Below the pieces are notes generated by a model, which did no database searches, was not told the origin of the DNA, and was given only the letters and a program-made list of their open reading frames with translations. A DNA stretch of 64,000 nt from positions 2,880,001 to 2,944,000 of the forward strand of contig CAXXLZ010000002.1 of assembly GCA_963675595.2 (NCBI GenBank), in the 5' to 3' direction. Positions 42,517 to 51,937 of the stretch are shown here, piece after piece. Numbering within the stretch: position 1 is the first letter of the stretch; each line of letters opens with the position of its first letter. The translations under genes and the position numbers were made by a program. This DNA is from Thermodesulfobacteriota bacterium (lineage in GTDB: Bacteria > Desulfobacterota > Desulfarculia > JACQYL01).

Positions 42517-44201
42517 GCCTCATCCTTTCGCCGTGGAACAGAGATGACAACGGAAGTCCCCTTCCCCGCTCCGGAAACGACCTGCAAGTCGGCTCCAACG
42601 GCTTCCGCACGTCCTCGCATCGACCTTAACCCAAACCCTTCGCTTCCGTCGATTTGATGGAGGTCAAAGCCTCCGCCGTTGTCTTCAACCGTGATTCGAA
42701 CCCGGTTGTGATGGAGGCTGAAGATCACCCGGACCGATGAAGCCCCTGAATGTCTCTTCACGTTAACGAGGGCTTCCTGGATAATCGGCTGCAACTGTGC
42801 TTCAACAGCCGAATCGATTCGTCTCTCCTCCAACTCGGGAAGAGCGACCAGCTCGCATTGAATTCCGTAGCTGCGGCCGTAATGATCAAGGTATCCGCGG
42901 AGCCACTCGAGCAGACTCCGATCTCCCGAAGAGTGGGACTTGACGCCGAGCAGATATTCCCGGATCAGCTGCTTGGCCGCCTGAGTCACATCGGCGACGT
43001 GGTTCAGGCAGGAGCCGGCCGACGTCGTGTCCCCTCCGGCGAGCAATTCGCTTGCCGTTCTTACCTGCAGATGCGCAGCCGCCAGCATTTGACCGACCCC
43101 GTCGTGCAGCTCGCGGGCCAGCAATTCCCGTTCCTGCATCATGGCCAGGGTTCGTTGTTGGTCCAGGAGCTGTTCGCGGGCGTTTTTTTGTTCGGTAATG
43201 TCATCGAGCCAAACCAACCGTCCGAGCTGGAAGCCGCGTCGATCCGCCAGGAGAGAAACGGAGGCCTGATACCAATGGACAACACTGTTTCCAAACCGCA
43301 CTTCCGCCTGGATTGCGCCGGGGTTGCGAAGCAGAGCAAGCAGGTCCGGATAACCGTGCAGGACCTCTGCCGCCGTGCGACCGAGGACCTTATGCCTGAC
43401 GATTCCAAGGAGCCTTTGCGCACTTTCGTTCACGTCAACGAGGCATTTATCGTTATCAAACACCACCATCGCCACGGCCATTCGTTCGATGACCGTATCC
43501 CTCGCCAACGGAACCACATCGAACATGCGAAAACGAAAAACGGCAAAGGCATAGGGCAGCAGAGCGACATTCGCAATAACGACCATGGGGTCCAGCGGAG
43601 CGATCGGGTTCCAATTTGTGGAATGGGAAAAATAGGCCAACCGTATGATCAAGGGCGCGCAGATCAGACCGACGGCCACTCCTCGGTGTCGGGGCGAGCG
43701 CACAAAGAGCCGGAGTAAGGCCATGAGATGCAACAGACTCAGGAGGCACGCATAAATGAGGCCTCCCCAATACACTGGTCCGAATTGTGCTCTGATGTAT
43801 CCTTCAAACGAAATTTGCTTCCAAATGAGATGGTGGAAATTATTCGTCGCGACCAACAGCCCCATGGCCAACGGGGCGATGACCAGAGCCGAGAGCGTCC
43901 GTCGAGTCACCCAATCGCCCAATCCGGCATACACTAGGGCAAAACAAAGCTCGGCGGTGACGATGGGAAGTAGGAGAACGGCCTTGAGCTTAAACCAGAA
44001 AAATCTGGTCGCGTCATCCGTGGCGGCCAACAGCAGGGTGTTGCAGAGGACCCAGAGCATGAGCCCGACCAGAAGAACGATAAAAGGCACGACCCCGGGA
44101 GCGGAGAGATTTCGCAGAGCGTAAAGCCCCATGGCGGCCAAGAACAGAACCGACAGCAATGAGGACCAGATGTAGGGAGTGTACTCATACGGCCACGTCA
44201 T
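42513..44201 (-). CDS. Sensor kinase, N-terminal 7TM + PAS + HisKA_3
   Basis: Several N-terminal TM helices, PLARD, DITE, ARELHDGVGQ, QEALVNV.RH, DNGGGF, GFGL..M. Confidence 0.93.
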   Translation of the reverse strand: MTWPYEYTPYIWSSLLSVLFLAAMGLYALRNLSAPGVVPFIVLLVGLMLWVLCNTLLLAATDDATRFFWFKLKAVLLLPIVTAELCFALVYAGLGDWVTRRTLSALVIAPLAMGLLVATNNFHHLIWKQISFEGYIRAQFGPVYWGGLIYACLLSLLHLMALLRLFVRSPRHRGVAVGLICAPLIIRLAYFSHSTNWNPIAPLDPMVVIANVALLPYAFAVFRFRMFDVVPLARDTVIERMAVAMVVFDNDKCLVDVNESAQRLLGIVRHKVLGRTAAEVLHGYPDLLALLRNPGAIQAEVRFGNSVVHWYQASVSLLADRRGFQLGRLVWLDDITEQKNAREQLLDQQRTLAMMQERELLARELHDGVGQMLAAAHLQVRTASELLAGGDTTSAGSCLNHVADVTQAAKQLIREYLLGVKSHSSGDRSLLEWLRGYLDHYGRSYGIQCELVALPELEERRIDSAVEAQLQPIIQEALVNVKRHSGASSVRVIFSLHHNRVRITVEDNGGGFDLHQIDGSEGFGLRSMRGRAEAVGADLQVVSGAGKGTSVVISVPRRKDEA

Positions 44202-44320
44202 CTTTCACGACCTCTCTATCCATCAACAGAAACGGCTTCCCATTCGGAGACGGGGCAGCCGTACCGCTCTCCGGAGGACGACGGATCCCCGTCGGGGCCG
44301 TTCTCTTGTCTCAACCGCAA

Positions 44321-44503
44321 TAGAGTCTCGAGTCGAGTCACCCTTGAACTAGCGGAACCGTCTATAAGTTCAAGAAAGCGCATGACATTATCCCGCGGAC
44401 GCGTGGACGCCTCCGACGGCCCTTTAGGGAAAGAAAACCTTAACTGATGGGAGACGATGGACTTGACGGCTCAAGTACTTACGCTCCTTTCGCATTGTAT
44501 TTC
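44321..44503 (+). mobile_element. Remnant left end of an IS related to the 47522 element
   Basis: Aligns by eye with 47523-47706 (TAGAGT..., CGGCCCTTTA.GGAAAGAAA, GACGGCTCAAG.ACTTA.GCTCCT); MDLTAQVLTLLSHCIS vs MDSTAQALMLLSQWIS. Confidence 0.8.
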
Positions 44504-44771
44504 AAGCAAACGCAGGCGTGAAGGATCTAATGAATCACATGGGAAGAGAATGGCGGAAGCACGAGCCGTTGCCGGAAGAAATCCTTTTGGAAGTCTTTCG
44601 CAAGCTGAACCGAAGCAAGGAAATACCTCGGGTACGGGAAAATCGAAGGTACCTGTTCACAGGGAATTCCTTTGCCGATTCAGGAGACGGGGGGATCCTT
44701 GGAGATACGCGAGGAGACAAGCCTCTCCGCCGAAGGCGGTGAGGCCTGTTTGAGGAGCTTTGGAAGAGGTT

Positions 44772-44805
44772 ACGGGGGAAGACTTTCTCGAAAGTCTTCC
44801 CCCGT
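44772..44805. repeat. Perfect inverted repeat (15-bp arms, CTCG loop)
   Basis: ACGGGGGAAGACTTT-CTCG-AAAGTCTTCCCCCGT. Confidence 0.85.
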
Positions 44806-45276
44806 GAATGCATGCAATCGAAGCGGGTTTTCCAATCCAACCTCCGTCTTCCTGCGCACCCATGCCATGGGCGCCTTTGGAGGGCGAGGTTGGGACCCGG
44901 GAGTTGGACACTGCTGTGAATTGATGCCTCTGTTTTCTTATCGGCGCGGCCACCGGTTTCTGGTTCACCTCGAGCCTCCGGTCGGTTGAGGGGCCGACCG
45001 GAGTGCCTTTCACGTCGGAGGACTATCCTATCACTCTTCTAAAAAAGCGCGGTTTGACGCAGATTGATGAAAAACGATGAGATGCTGGGCGCTCCAATCG
45101 AGAGCAACTTCACATGCGGGAGGGGAGAGTGTGCGATACGCCCCATGGATCGGACTTCCAAAGACGCTCCGCTATGGTGGGTACGGCCATTTGAGTTTAC
45201 TGCGGTCCTGCTGTGGGTGCTTCTTAAAAAGCATTCCTCATTATGGTGGATTCATGCGGCCAAAACTTTGATCCGG

Positions 45277-45424
45277 CAGCTCGTTGAAGAAGTCGAATTA
45301 TCGCGGATTGTTGAAAGACGATGACACGTAAGGCGCGAAAATCCCGAGAAAGGCGTACATAGATGCACGCCGCAGTGACGAGGGATAAAGCGCAACGCCG
45401 CAGATCGTGTTTTTCAACGGTCTA
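45277..45424. repeat. About 150-bp MITE-like dispersed element, copy 1
   Basis: Ends CAGCTCGTTGAAGAA / TTTTCAACGGTCTA; reverse complement aligns with 59830-59980 and 60078-60204. Confidence 0.7.
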
Positions 45425-46109
45425 TAGGAGGTTGAAAGGAATAGCCCACGGCATACACCGTACGGATCAGCTCCCGGCCCGGCAGATGCTCGGCCAGTTT
45501 TTTGCGCAGGTTCTTCACGTGGGAATCCATGGTTCGATCGTACCCCTCAAAGGCGTAACCCCGCACGCAGTTGATGAGCTCGTTGCGGGTGAACACCCGT
45601 TTGGGATCGGCCATGAGGGTGCTCAGCAATCGAAATTCACTTGGTGTAAGAGTGAGTTCCCGGCCATGGACGGTGACGGCTCGGCTGCGTTCGTCCAGGA
45701 CGATGGGGCCGAACTCTATCTTCTTTCCCGCGGGTTCCGGATGGGTCCTCCGCAACACCGCTCTGACGCGGGCCACCACTTCGCGCGGGCTGAACGGCTT
45801 GCACACATAGTCGTCCGCTCCCAGTTCCAACCCCAAAAGCCGGTCCACTTCGTCCACTTTGGCGGTGATCATGATGATGGGCACCGTGGAGAATTTCCGC
45901 AATTCACGGCAAACGCTCACCCCGTCCATGCCCGGCAACATGAGGTCCAGCAGGATCAGATCGGGCTCGGATTGGCGCACCTGGGGGATCACCCGGTCGC
46001 CCCGTTCCAGCACTATCACCGAAAAGCCGCCCTGCTCCAAATAGTCCTTCAACAGCTCGGCGAGCTTGGCTTCATCCTCGACAACGAGTACTTTGCTTAT
46101 CGGAGTCAT
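45414..46109 (-). CDS. OmpR-family response regulator, BaeR-like
   Basis: VVEDE, LDLMLPGMDG, EVDRLLGLELGADDYVCKPFSPRE, DRTMDSHVKNLRKK. Confidence 0.93.
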   Translation of the reverse strand: MTPISKVLVVEDEAKLAELLKDYLEQGGFSVIVLERGDRVIPQVRQSEPDLILLDLMLPGMDGVSVCRELRKFSTVPIIMITAKVDEVDRLLGLELGADDYVCKPFSPREVVARVRAVLRRTHPEPAGKKIEFGPIVLDERSRAVTVHGRELTLTPSEFRLLSTLMADPKRVFTRNELINCVRGYAFEGYDRTMDSHVKNLRKKLAEHLPGRELIRTVYAVGYSFQPPIDR

Positions 46110-47521
46110 TGGATTCCTTTCCACACCTGATCAATCGGTTTCCAGTGGGAGGCGGATTTCAATCCCGAGACCGCCCATTGCGGCCTTTCGCGCCGCAATG
46201 GTTCCGCCGTGAGCCTCCACGATCCGTTGAGATATGGCCAGACCCAACCCGCTGCCCCCGGTCTTCCGACTGCGTGCAGGATCCACACGATAGAGTCGAT
46301 CGAAGATGCGGTTCAGGGACGCGTCGGGCACCCCCGGCCCCGAATCCTGAAACTCGATGAAAAGCGTGTCTTCCCGCCGCTCGTAGGAGATCCACAAGGT
46401 GCCGGGGCTCTCGGTATATCGTTCGGAATTGTGTAGAATATTGGAAAACACCTGTGCCATGCGGTTTTCGTCTCCCTGAAACCGAAACGGCTCCTCCCCC
46501 CGGGCTTCAAGAACGACGCCGATGTTCCTTGCGGCCAGCCGCTCACGAAACGAGTCCACCGTGCGCTCCAGAACCGGAAGAAGGTCCATGGGGCGCTTCT
46601 CGTAGTGCAGGGCCCCGCTTTCCGTGATGGAAAGCAAGTGAAGGTCCTCCACCAATCGATGAATGTACAGCACCTCCGCGTGCAGCGATTCCAGGGTCTT
46701 TTCGTTCAACGTACGCACACCGTCCTGCACCGCTTCGATCTCTCCACGTAAGATGGACAGGGGCGTTCGAAGTTCGTGAGAAATGTCGGAAAGCCATTGA
46801 CGACGTAACTCCTCATACCGTCTCAGGTTTTGAGCCATCTCATCAAACTCCTTGGCCAGTTGTCCCAGCTCGTCGCTTCTGCGGATCGGAATTCGCGCAT
46901 CGAACTTCAGAGAACGCAACGCCCGCGTGCCCGCCAGAAGCTGTTTGATGGGCGAGGCCAAATGCCTGGCGATGAGAATCGACCCGACGAACGCGAGCAG
47001 CAGGATGACGCAGCCGATAACATAGAAGGCCCGCGTTTGCCGCTTGAGAAACGCGACGTCCAATGGATGCGTCAAATTCCGTTGTTTCCTTAGAGAAACC
47101 CAACCCACCGCGGCCTCATTCACGACAATGGGACGGATCGCCCCTGAACCGGACTGATAAGGAGGCCCGGCCAGCAGGTTCTTGTTCGCGTCGAGCAGAG
47201 ACAGACGGCTCATCAGTCGGTCCAGGTCCACTTCCCGCGGCGGCGGGGGAGGAGGAGGCGGGGGCGGCCGAAGAACACCCCTTTGGTCCCCGAGAGCGCC
47301 GTTACGCGGTGGTGTGAGCGGCAAAGGCTGCGGCAACGGTGCACGCGGACGGGGCGTGGTTTCGGGTTCACCTCCGTTGACCGAGCGGCGAATGAGCCGA
47401 TGCCACAGGATCTCGTTTTGCCGGAATGCCCTCCAATTCCCTTCACGAGTATACCAGGACGCCAGTTCCGTAATGAGCGTGCGCAGGTTCTCCAATTCCG
47501 CGTTGGTCACATATTCGGAAA

Positions 47522-49071
47522 CTAGAGTTTAGAGTCTGGCGACCCTTGGTATAGGAAAAATGCGAATAAAGACAACAAAGTACTTGACATTGCCGCGCGG
47601 ATGCGCGGCCGCCTTTGGCGGCCCTTTAAGGAAAGAAACCTTTCCTTGGGGGTCAACCAATGGATTCGACGGCTCAAGCACTTATGCTCCTATCGCAGTG
47701 GATTTCCTTTCTATTTCAGGCCGTTCCGTGCAGAATAGCTCCGACTCTTCTGGAACTCCTGATGGGATGTATGGTCTGCCGCGGCGGCCATATTTCTTCC
47801 GCGCTTCTGGCCGTTCGGCCCCAGTTGTCCTGGACCGCCTATTACAAGGCCATCGAAAAGGGCCGATTCCAATGGCTTGCGCTAGCCCGGCAATGGATGC
47901 GCCTGATCCTGAAACGGATTCCAAACCGATCCATCGAGTTCGCCATAGACGACTTCCCTTTGCCCAGATCGTCCAAGAAAGCTCCCTGCGCCGGTTGGCA
48001 TTACGATCACGCGCACCGGCCCAACCGCCCCAAATTCCTGTGGGGACAGCTTCGGGTTTCTCTGGCTGTCATCTGCCGCCACAAGGGCCGGGTAGCCGCG
48101 TTTCCCCTCTTGTTTCGGCTCATCCGCAAAAAAGGGAACACCACCAAACTGGACGCGGCGCGGCTCTTGATGTCCGTTCTCATGACTTGGCTGCCGGATC
48201 GCTTTCTCATTATTCTGCTGCTCGATGCCTGGTATATGAAAAGCTCCCTGGTGGTTCCCCTGATTCGCGATGGTGTGACGGTCATCGGCCAAGTCCGCAA
48301 AGATACCGCCCTGTTTTTGCCTCCGGACAATCCGCCTCGGAAGAAACGGGGCAGACCCAGAAAGTATGGGGAAAAACTCACGTTGGAAAACATCGGACGA
48401 TTCTGTCGTCCGGTGGAGAAAACCCTCTTTGCCTACGGCTCGGAACGAGTTTTCCAGTTCTACCAAACCAAAGCCAAAGTCCGCTTCCTGGACGGCCGGT
48501 TGTGCAAGATCGTGTGGTGCCGGTTTATGTCCGACAACCCCTCTTGGTCCGATTGGCATCTTCTGATCAGTACCGATCCCGACATGGACGGCGCGGAAGT
48601 GATTACACGCTATGCACGACGATGGTGGACCGAGCCCATGTTCAACGAGATCAAGCACCTGTTCGGACTGAAAAATGCTTGGCAGCAGACACGGCAGACA
48701 TTGGCTCGATGGAGCATGATCTTGTGCCTGGCCTACGGCTTGCCACGGCTCTTGGCGCTCTGCCTGGGTCCCAACGCGGCCTATACGATGTTTCCAATCC
48801 CTTGGAGAAAGAACAGGCCCGCCACCGCCGGCTGGATGGCCGCAGCCATCGGTCGTCTTTTCGGCAACTTAAACGTGCGAGCCATGTGGAACCGGAAATC
48901 CAAAAAATTCCAACCGGAATTCACCGATTCTCCGGAAGACTTGGGGCGCGCTGCCTGATATCCGTGTTCAGTCAATCATCTCAAAGCCTTACGTCAACGG
49001 TATTCAACCCGTCTTGGAGAACTATGCTCTTCTATACAAACTTGGCTGCCCCGCATGGCTCTAAACTCTAG
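47522..49071 (+). mobile_element. Complete insertion sequence, IS701-like (1550 bp)
   Basis: 13-bp perfect inverted repeats CTAGAGTTTAGAG; 8-bp direct repeat TTCGGAAA at 47514-47521 and 49072-49079. Confidence 0.92.
47660..48958 (+). CDS. DDE transposase (IS701/IS4-superfamily-like)
   Basis: AIDD, LLDAWY, RGRPRKYG, YARRWWTEPMFNEIK. Confidence 0.92.
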   Translation: MDSTAQALMLLSQWISFLFQAVPCRIAPTLLELLMGCMVCRGGHISSALLAVRPQLSWTAYYKAIEKGRFQWLALARQWMRLILKRIPNRSIEFAIDDFPLPRSSKKAPCAGWHYDHAHRPNRPKFLWGQLRVSLAVICRHKGRVAAFPLLFRLIRKKGNTTKLDAARLLMSVLMTWLPDRFLIILLLDAWYMKSSLVVPLIRDGVTVIGQVRKDTALFLPPDNPPRKKRGRPRKYGEKLTLENIGRFCRPVEKTLFAYGSERVFQFYQTKAKVRFLDGRLCKIVWCRFMSDNPSWSDWHLLISTDPDMDGAEVITRYARRWWTEPMFNEIKHLFGLKNAWQQTRQTLARWSMILCLAYGLPRLLALCLGPNAAYTMFPIPWRKNRPATAGWMAAAIGRLFGNLNVRAMWNRKSKKFQPEFTDSPEDLGRAA

Positions 49072-49277
49072 TTCGGAAAAACTCCGATGGGAGAACACCC
49101 GCATGGTCACCACGGAGGCGATGACAATGAGCGCGGACAAGATGAGGAAAGCCGCGAGGAGTTTGTGGATCAGTCGAATACGCACGGTCGACCTCTTTGA
49201 ACAAGGATGGATTCCCGTCGTCTGAACGATTTCACCATAAAACATCCGAGCTTAGGATGCACCCCCCCTTTAGTCGA

Positions 49278-49328
49278 TCCCATATTCATCCCATGACTCC
49301 TCCATATTTTCTCCAGAATCGTCTCATA
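49278..49328. promoter_or_regulatory. Five phased direct repeats with 11-bp period, BaeR-box-like
   Basis: TCCCATA, TCCCATG, CTCCATA, CTCCAGA, TCTCATA at 49278, 49289, 49300, 49311, 49322; includes TTTTCTCCA. Confidence 0.6.
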
Positions 49329-49749
49329 AAATCATAGACCGAAATTCAACAACTCCTAACCTCAGGCACCGAGGCATACCAAGACGGCAGGATTTGCATT
49401 CCACATTGCGGAGCTCAATAGTTCGAACGTGTCTTTCTTGAAACGAAGACCAAGACAGACTGGTACTGAAATAAAGTCAAGCCAATACTCTTATAACGAC
49501 AATGCTTATTCTAAGGTTTCAAGCATTTACTATCATATCAAGAAATATTAACCGAAATTATAAAAGGAACAAAACCACTAACTTACATCATCTTACTGCG
49601 GAGAATGGAGGTGATCCTATATCGTTATTAATGATTTTATAGGTAGGTGATGTATAGCCGGTAGATAATATGGATGACTACAATGTTCGGAGCCATAATG
49701 ATCGGCTACCGGGAAATAATTCTTAATAAACTGGAGAAAGGCGACATCT

Positions 49750-50208
49750 ATGAAACAGCGAATGAACACCTTTTTGGGCATAGCACTGGTCGCAGCGGTC
49801 CTTATCTGCGGGTCCGCTTGGGCGCAAACCGAAACCGGTCCCACGCCTCCGCCCCCCGACATGAAATCGGCACTTTGTACGGACGGGACCTATCTTTACG
49901 TGGGAATGGGTCGCTTTGTGTTCCAGTACGACATGACGGACAGTTCTTTGATCAACACGTTGGAATTGGAGGAACTTGAACCCGTGGAAACAAGGGATGA
50001 TGCGACAGGTGAATCGGAACCGCCCCTCCGCGCTCCCATGGTGTCCGGCATCAGTACCGACGGCGCGCGGCTGTACGTGCTCGTGGGTCCGTTGGTACAC
50101 CAATACTCCCTGCCGGACCTTGAATTCTTGGAGTACTTCCAAATACCGAAACCCGAGGCCGGAGATTCGGCACAAAGCACGGGAACGCACTTTTTCTCCA
50201 TGAGATAG
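49750..50208 (+). CDS. Small exported protein with an internal duplicated motif
   Basis: Signal peptide ending AWA; two copies of TDG..LYV.(M/V)G..V.QY. Confidence 0.8.
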   Translation: MKQRMNTFLGIALVAAVLICGSAWAQTETGPTPPPPDMKSALCTDGTYLYVGMGRFVFQYDMTDSSLINTLELEELEPVETRDDATGESEPPLRAPMVSGISTDGARLYVLVGPLVHQYSLPDLEFLEYFQIPKPEAGDSAQSTGTHFFSMR

Positions 50209-50341
50209 ATCGAAACCGGGGGCGAGTCGCGTCCTCTATCGACCGCCCCTTCCTGAAATCAAATTGGTCTTGTTGAAAGGCGGAGAATACACAAGAATGA
50301 AGAACTCCGCCGCAAGTCGACCGCATTTTAAGGATGTCATT

Positions 50342-51844
50342 ATGCGAATCACCGCCAAGTATGCAAAAATGAGTATGTTCTTCTTGTTCGCCTTTGCGAT
50401 GTTCTTCGCAAAGAGCGCTTTTTGTTCGGCGCCCCCCGATTCTCCCGTATTGGACGTCCACGTCAACGGATTTACGGTCACTCTCAAGTGGACGCCCCCG
50501 GAGGACGCGGACGGATATATACTTTCCTACGCCCCTTTTCCTTACGCCGAGCCCATTGAGGATTTGAATCTAGGCAACATCACGGAAGCGTCTTTCGGTT
50601 TGTGGGCCGGGGCGGCTTTTTATGTGGCCGTTCAAGCGTACAACGAATCGGGAATCAGCGATTTTTCGAACGTAGTGGATTTCGTGATCGAAAGCACAAA
50701 TTACCCGATAGTGGATACGGGTCAGGACACGTATTACGGGACCGAATCCGAAATTCCCGAACCCGGCCCGGGGGATGCATTCTATGGCCAGGATGCGAAC
50801 CACGACGGCAACCGGCCGGCTTACACAATGAGCTCCGACATGTTGACGGTCTACGACAACGTCACCGGCTTGACTTGGCAACAGGGCTTCTCCGAGACCA
50901 AGCTGACCTACTCGGAGGCCCTGGACTACGTGGATACCGTGAACGCTCAAAACTACGGGGGTTACAGCGATTGGCGGTTACCCACGATCAAGCAGCTTTA
51001 CTCCCTCATCGACTTCCGAGGCACGGATCCGTCGACCGACGGAACCGACACCACCGGTCTGATACCCTTTATCGATATGGATTACTTCGACTTCGAATGG
51101 GGAAATCCCGAATCGGGTGAGCGAATCATCGATTCTCAGTGGGCGTCGAACACGCTTTACACGGCGGACAACAATATGATGTTCGGGGTGAATTTCGCCG
51201 ACGGGCGGATCAAAGGATACGGCATGATCCCCGGCGACCCGCTGCGAAGCGAGAAAACCTTCTATGTCCGGCTTTGTCGTGGAAATGCCGAGTATGGAAC
51301 CAACCGGCTCACAGACAACGGGGACGGCACGGTAACGGACCAGGCTACGGGATTGATGTGGGCCCAATCGGACAGCGGGACGGGCATGACCTGGGAAAAC
51401 GCCTTGGCCTGGGTTCAAAGCAGGAACGCGGAGAGCCATCTGGGTCACAATGATTGGCGGCTGCCCAACGCCAAGGAGCTCCAAAGCATCGTGGACTACA
51501 CACGATCACCGGATACGACCGATTCGCCGGCCGGCGACCCGGTGTTCGACGTCACTCAAATCATCAATTTGGCCGGACAAATCGATTATCCGTTTTTCTG
51601 GACCGGCACCACTCACATCCGCAGCCGGCATTTCGACGAAGGCGCAGCAGCCGTGTACATCGCCTTCGGGCGGGGTCTCGGTGAAATGAACGGCGAGATT
51701 ATCGATGTTCACGGGGCGGGTTGTCAGAGGAGCGACCCCAAAACGGGGGATCCGAACGAATTCCCCCGTAGCGGCTACGGCCCTCAGGGCGATGTTCAGC
51801 GGCTCTTCAACTACGTTCGGTTGGTGCGTGACGCCGACCTGTGA
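50342..51844 (+). CDS. Exported FN3-like + tandem DUF1566 (Lcl-C) protein (start uncertain, 50264-50342)
   Basis: IVDTGQ, D.VTGLTWQ, GYSDWRLPT..L, DNGDGTVTD.ATGLMW, WRLPNAKEL, YVRLVR. Confidence 0.88.
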   Translation: MRITAKYAKMSMFFLFAFAMFFAKSAFCSAPPDSPVLDVHVNGFTVTLKWTPPEDADGYILSYAPFPYAEPIEDLNLGNITEASFGLWAGAAFYVAVQAYNESGISDFSNVVDFVIESTNYPIVDTGQDTYYGTESEIPEPGPGDAFYGQDANHDGNRPAYTMSSDMLTVYDNVTGLTWQQGFSETKLTYSEALDYVDTVNAQNYGGYSDWRLPTIKQLYSLIDFRGTDPSTDGTDTTGLIPFIDMDYFDFEWGNPESGERIIDSQWASNTLYTADNNMMFGVNFADGRIKGYGMIPGDPLRSEKTFYVRLCRGNAEYGTNRLTDNGDGTVTDQATGLMWAQSDSGTGMTWENALAWVQSRNAESHLGHNDWRLPNAKELQSIVDYTRSPDTTDSPAGDPVFDVTQIINLAGQIDYPFFWTGTTHIRSRHFDEGAAAVYIAFGRGLGEMNGEIIDVHGAGCQRSDPKTGDPNEFPRSGYGPQGDVQRLFNYVRLVRDADL

Positions 51845-51937
51845 CGCTCAGCAGGCCAAAACAAACGGAAGTGAACCGAGTTATTCACCCCGTGCTCAAG
51901 ATCAAATCATTCTACGCCTATGGGCTTGAAGGAGTTG

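Larger units (their letters stand above)
46131..49185 (-). pseudogene. BaeS-like sensor kinase split by an IS insertion
   Basis: GTG 49185 encodes TM1 (RIRLIHKLLAAFL...HRSFSE); removing the IS and one target copy restores in-frame HRSFSEYVTNAE; 3' part has HAMP, DISHELRTPL, DSGPG, GGSGLGL. Confidence 0.92.

Noticed and set aside
47560-49071. 503-aa ORF spanning the IS
   Set aside because: Alternative frame over the transposase with Arg/Ser/Pro-rich composition; its stop is simply the TAG of the right inverted repeat.
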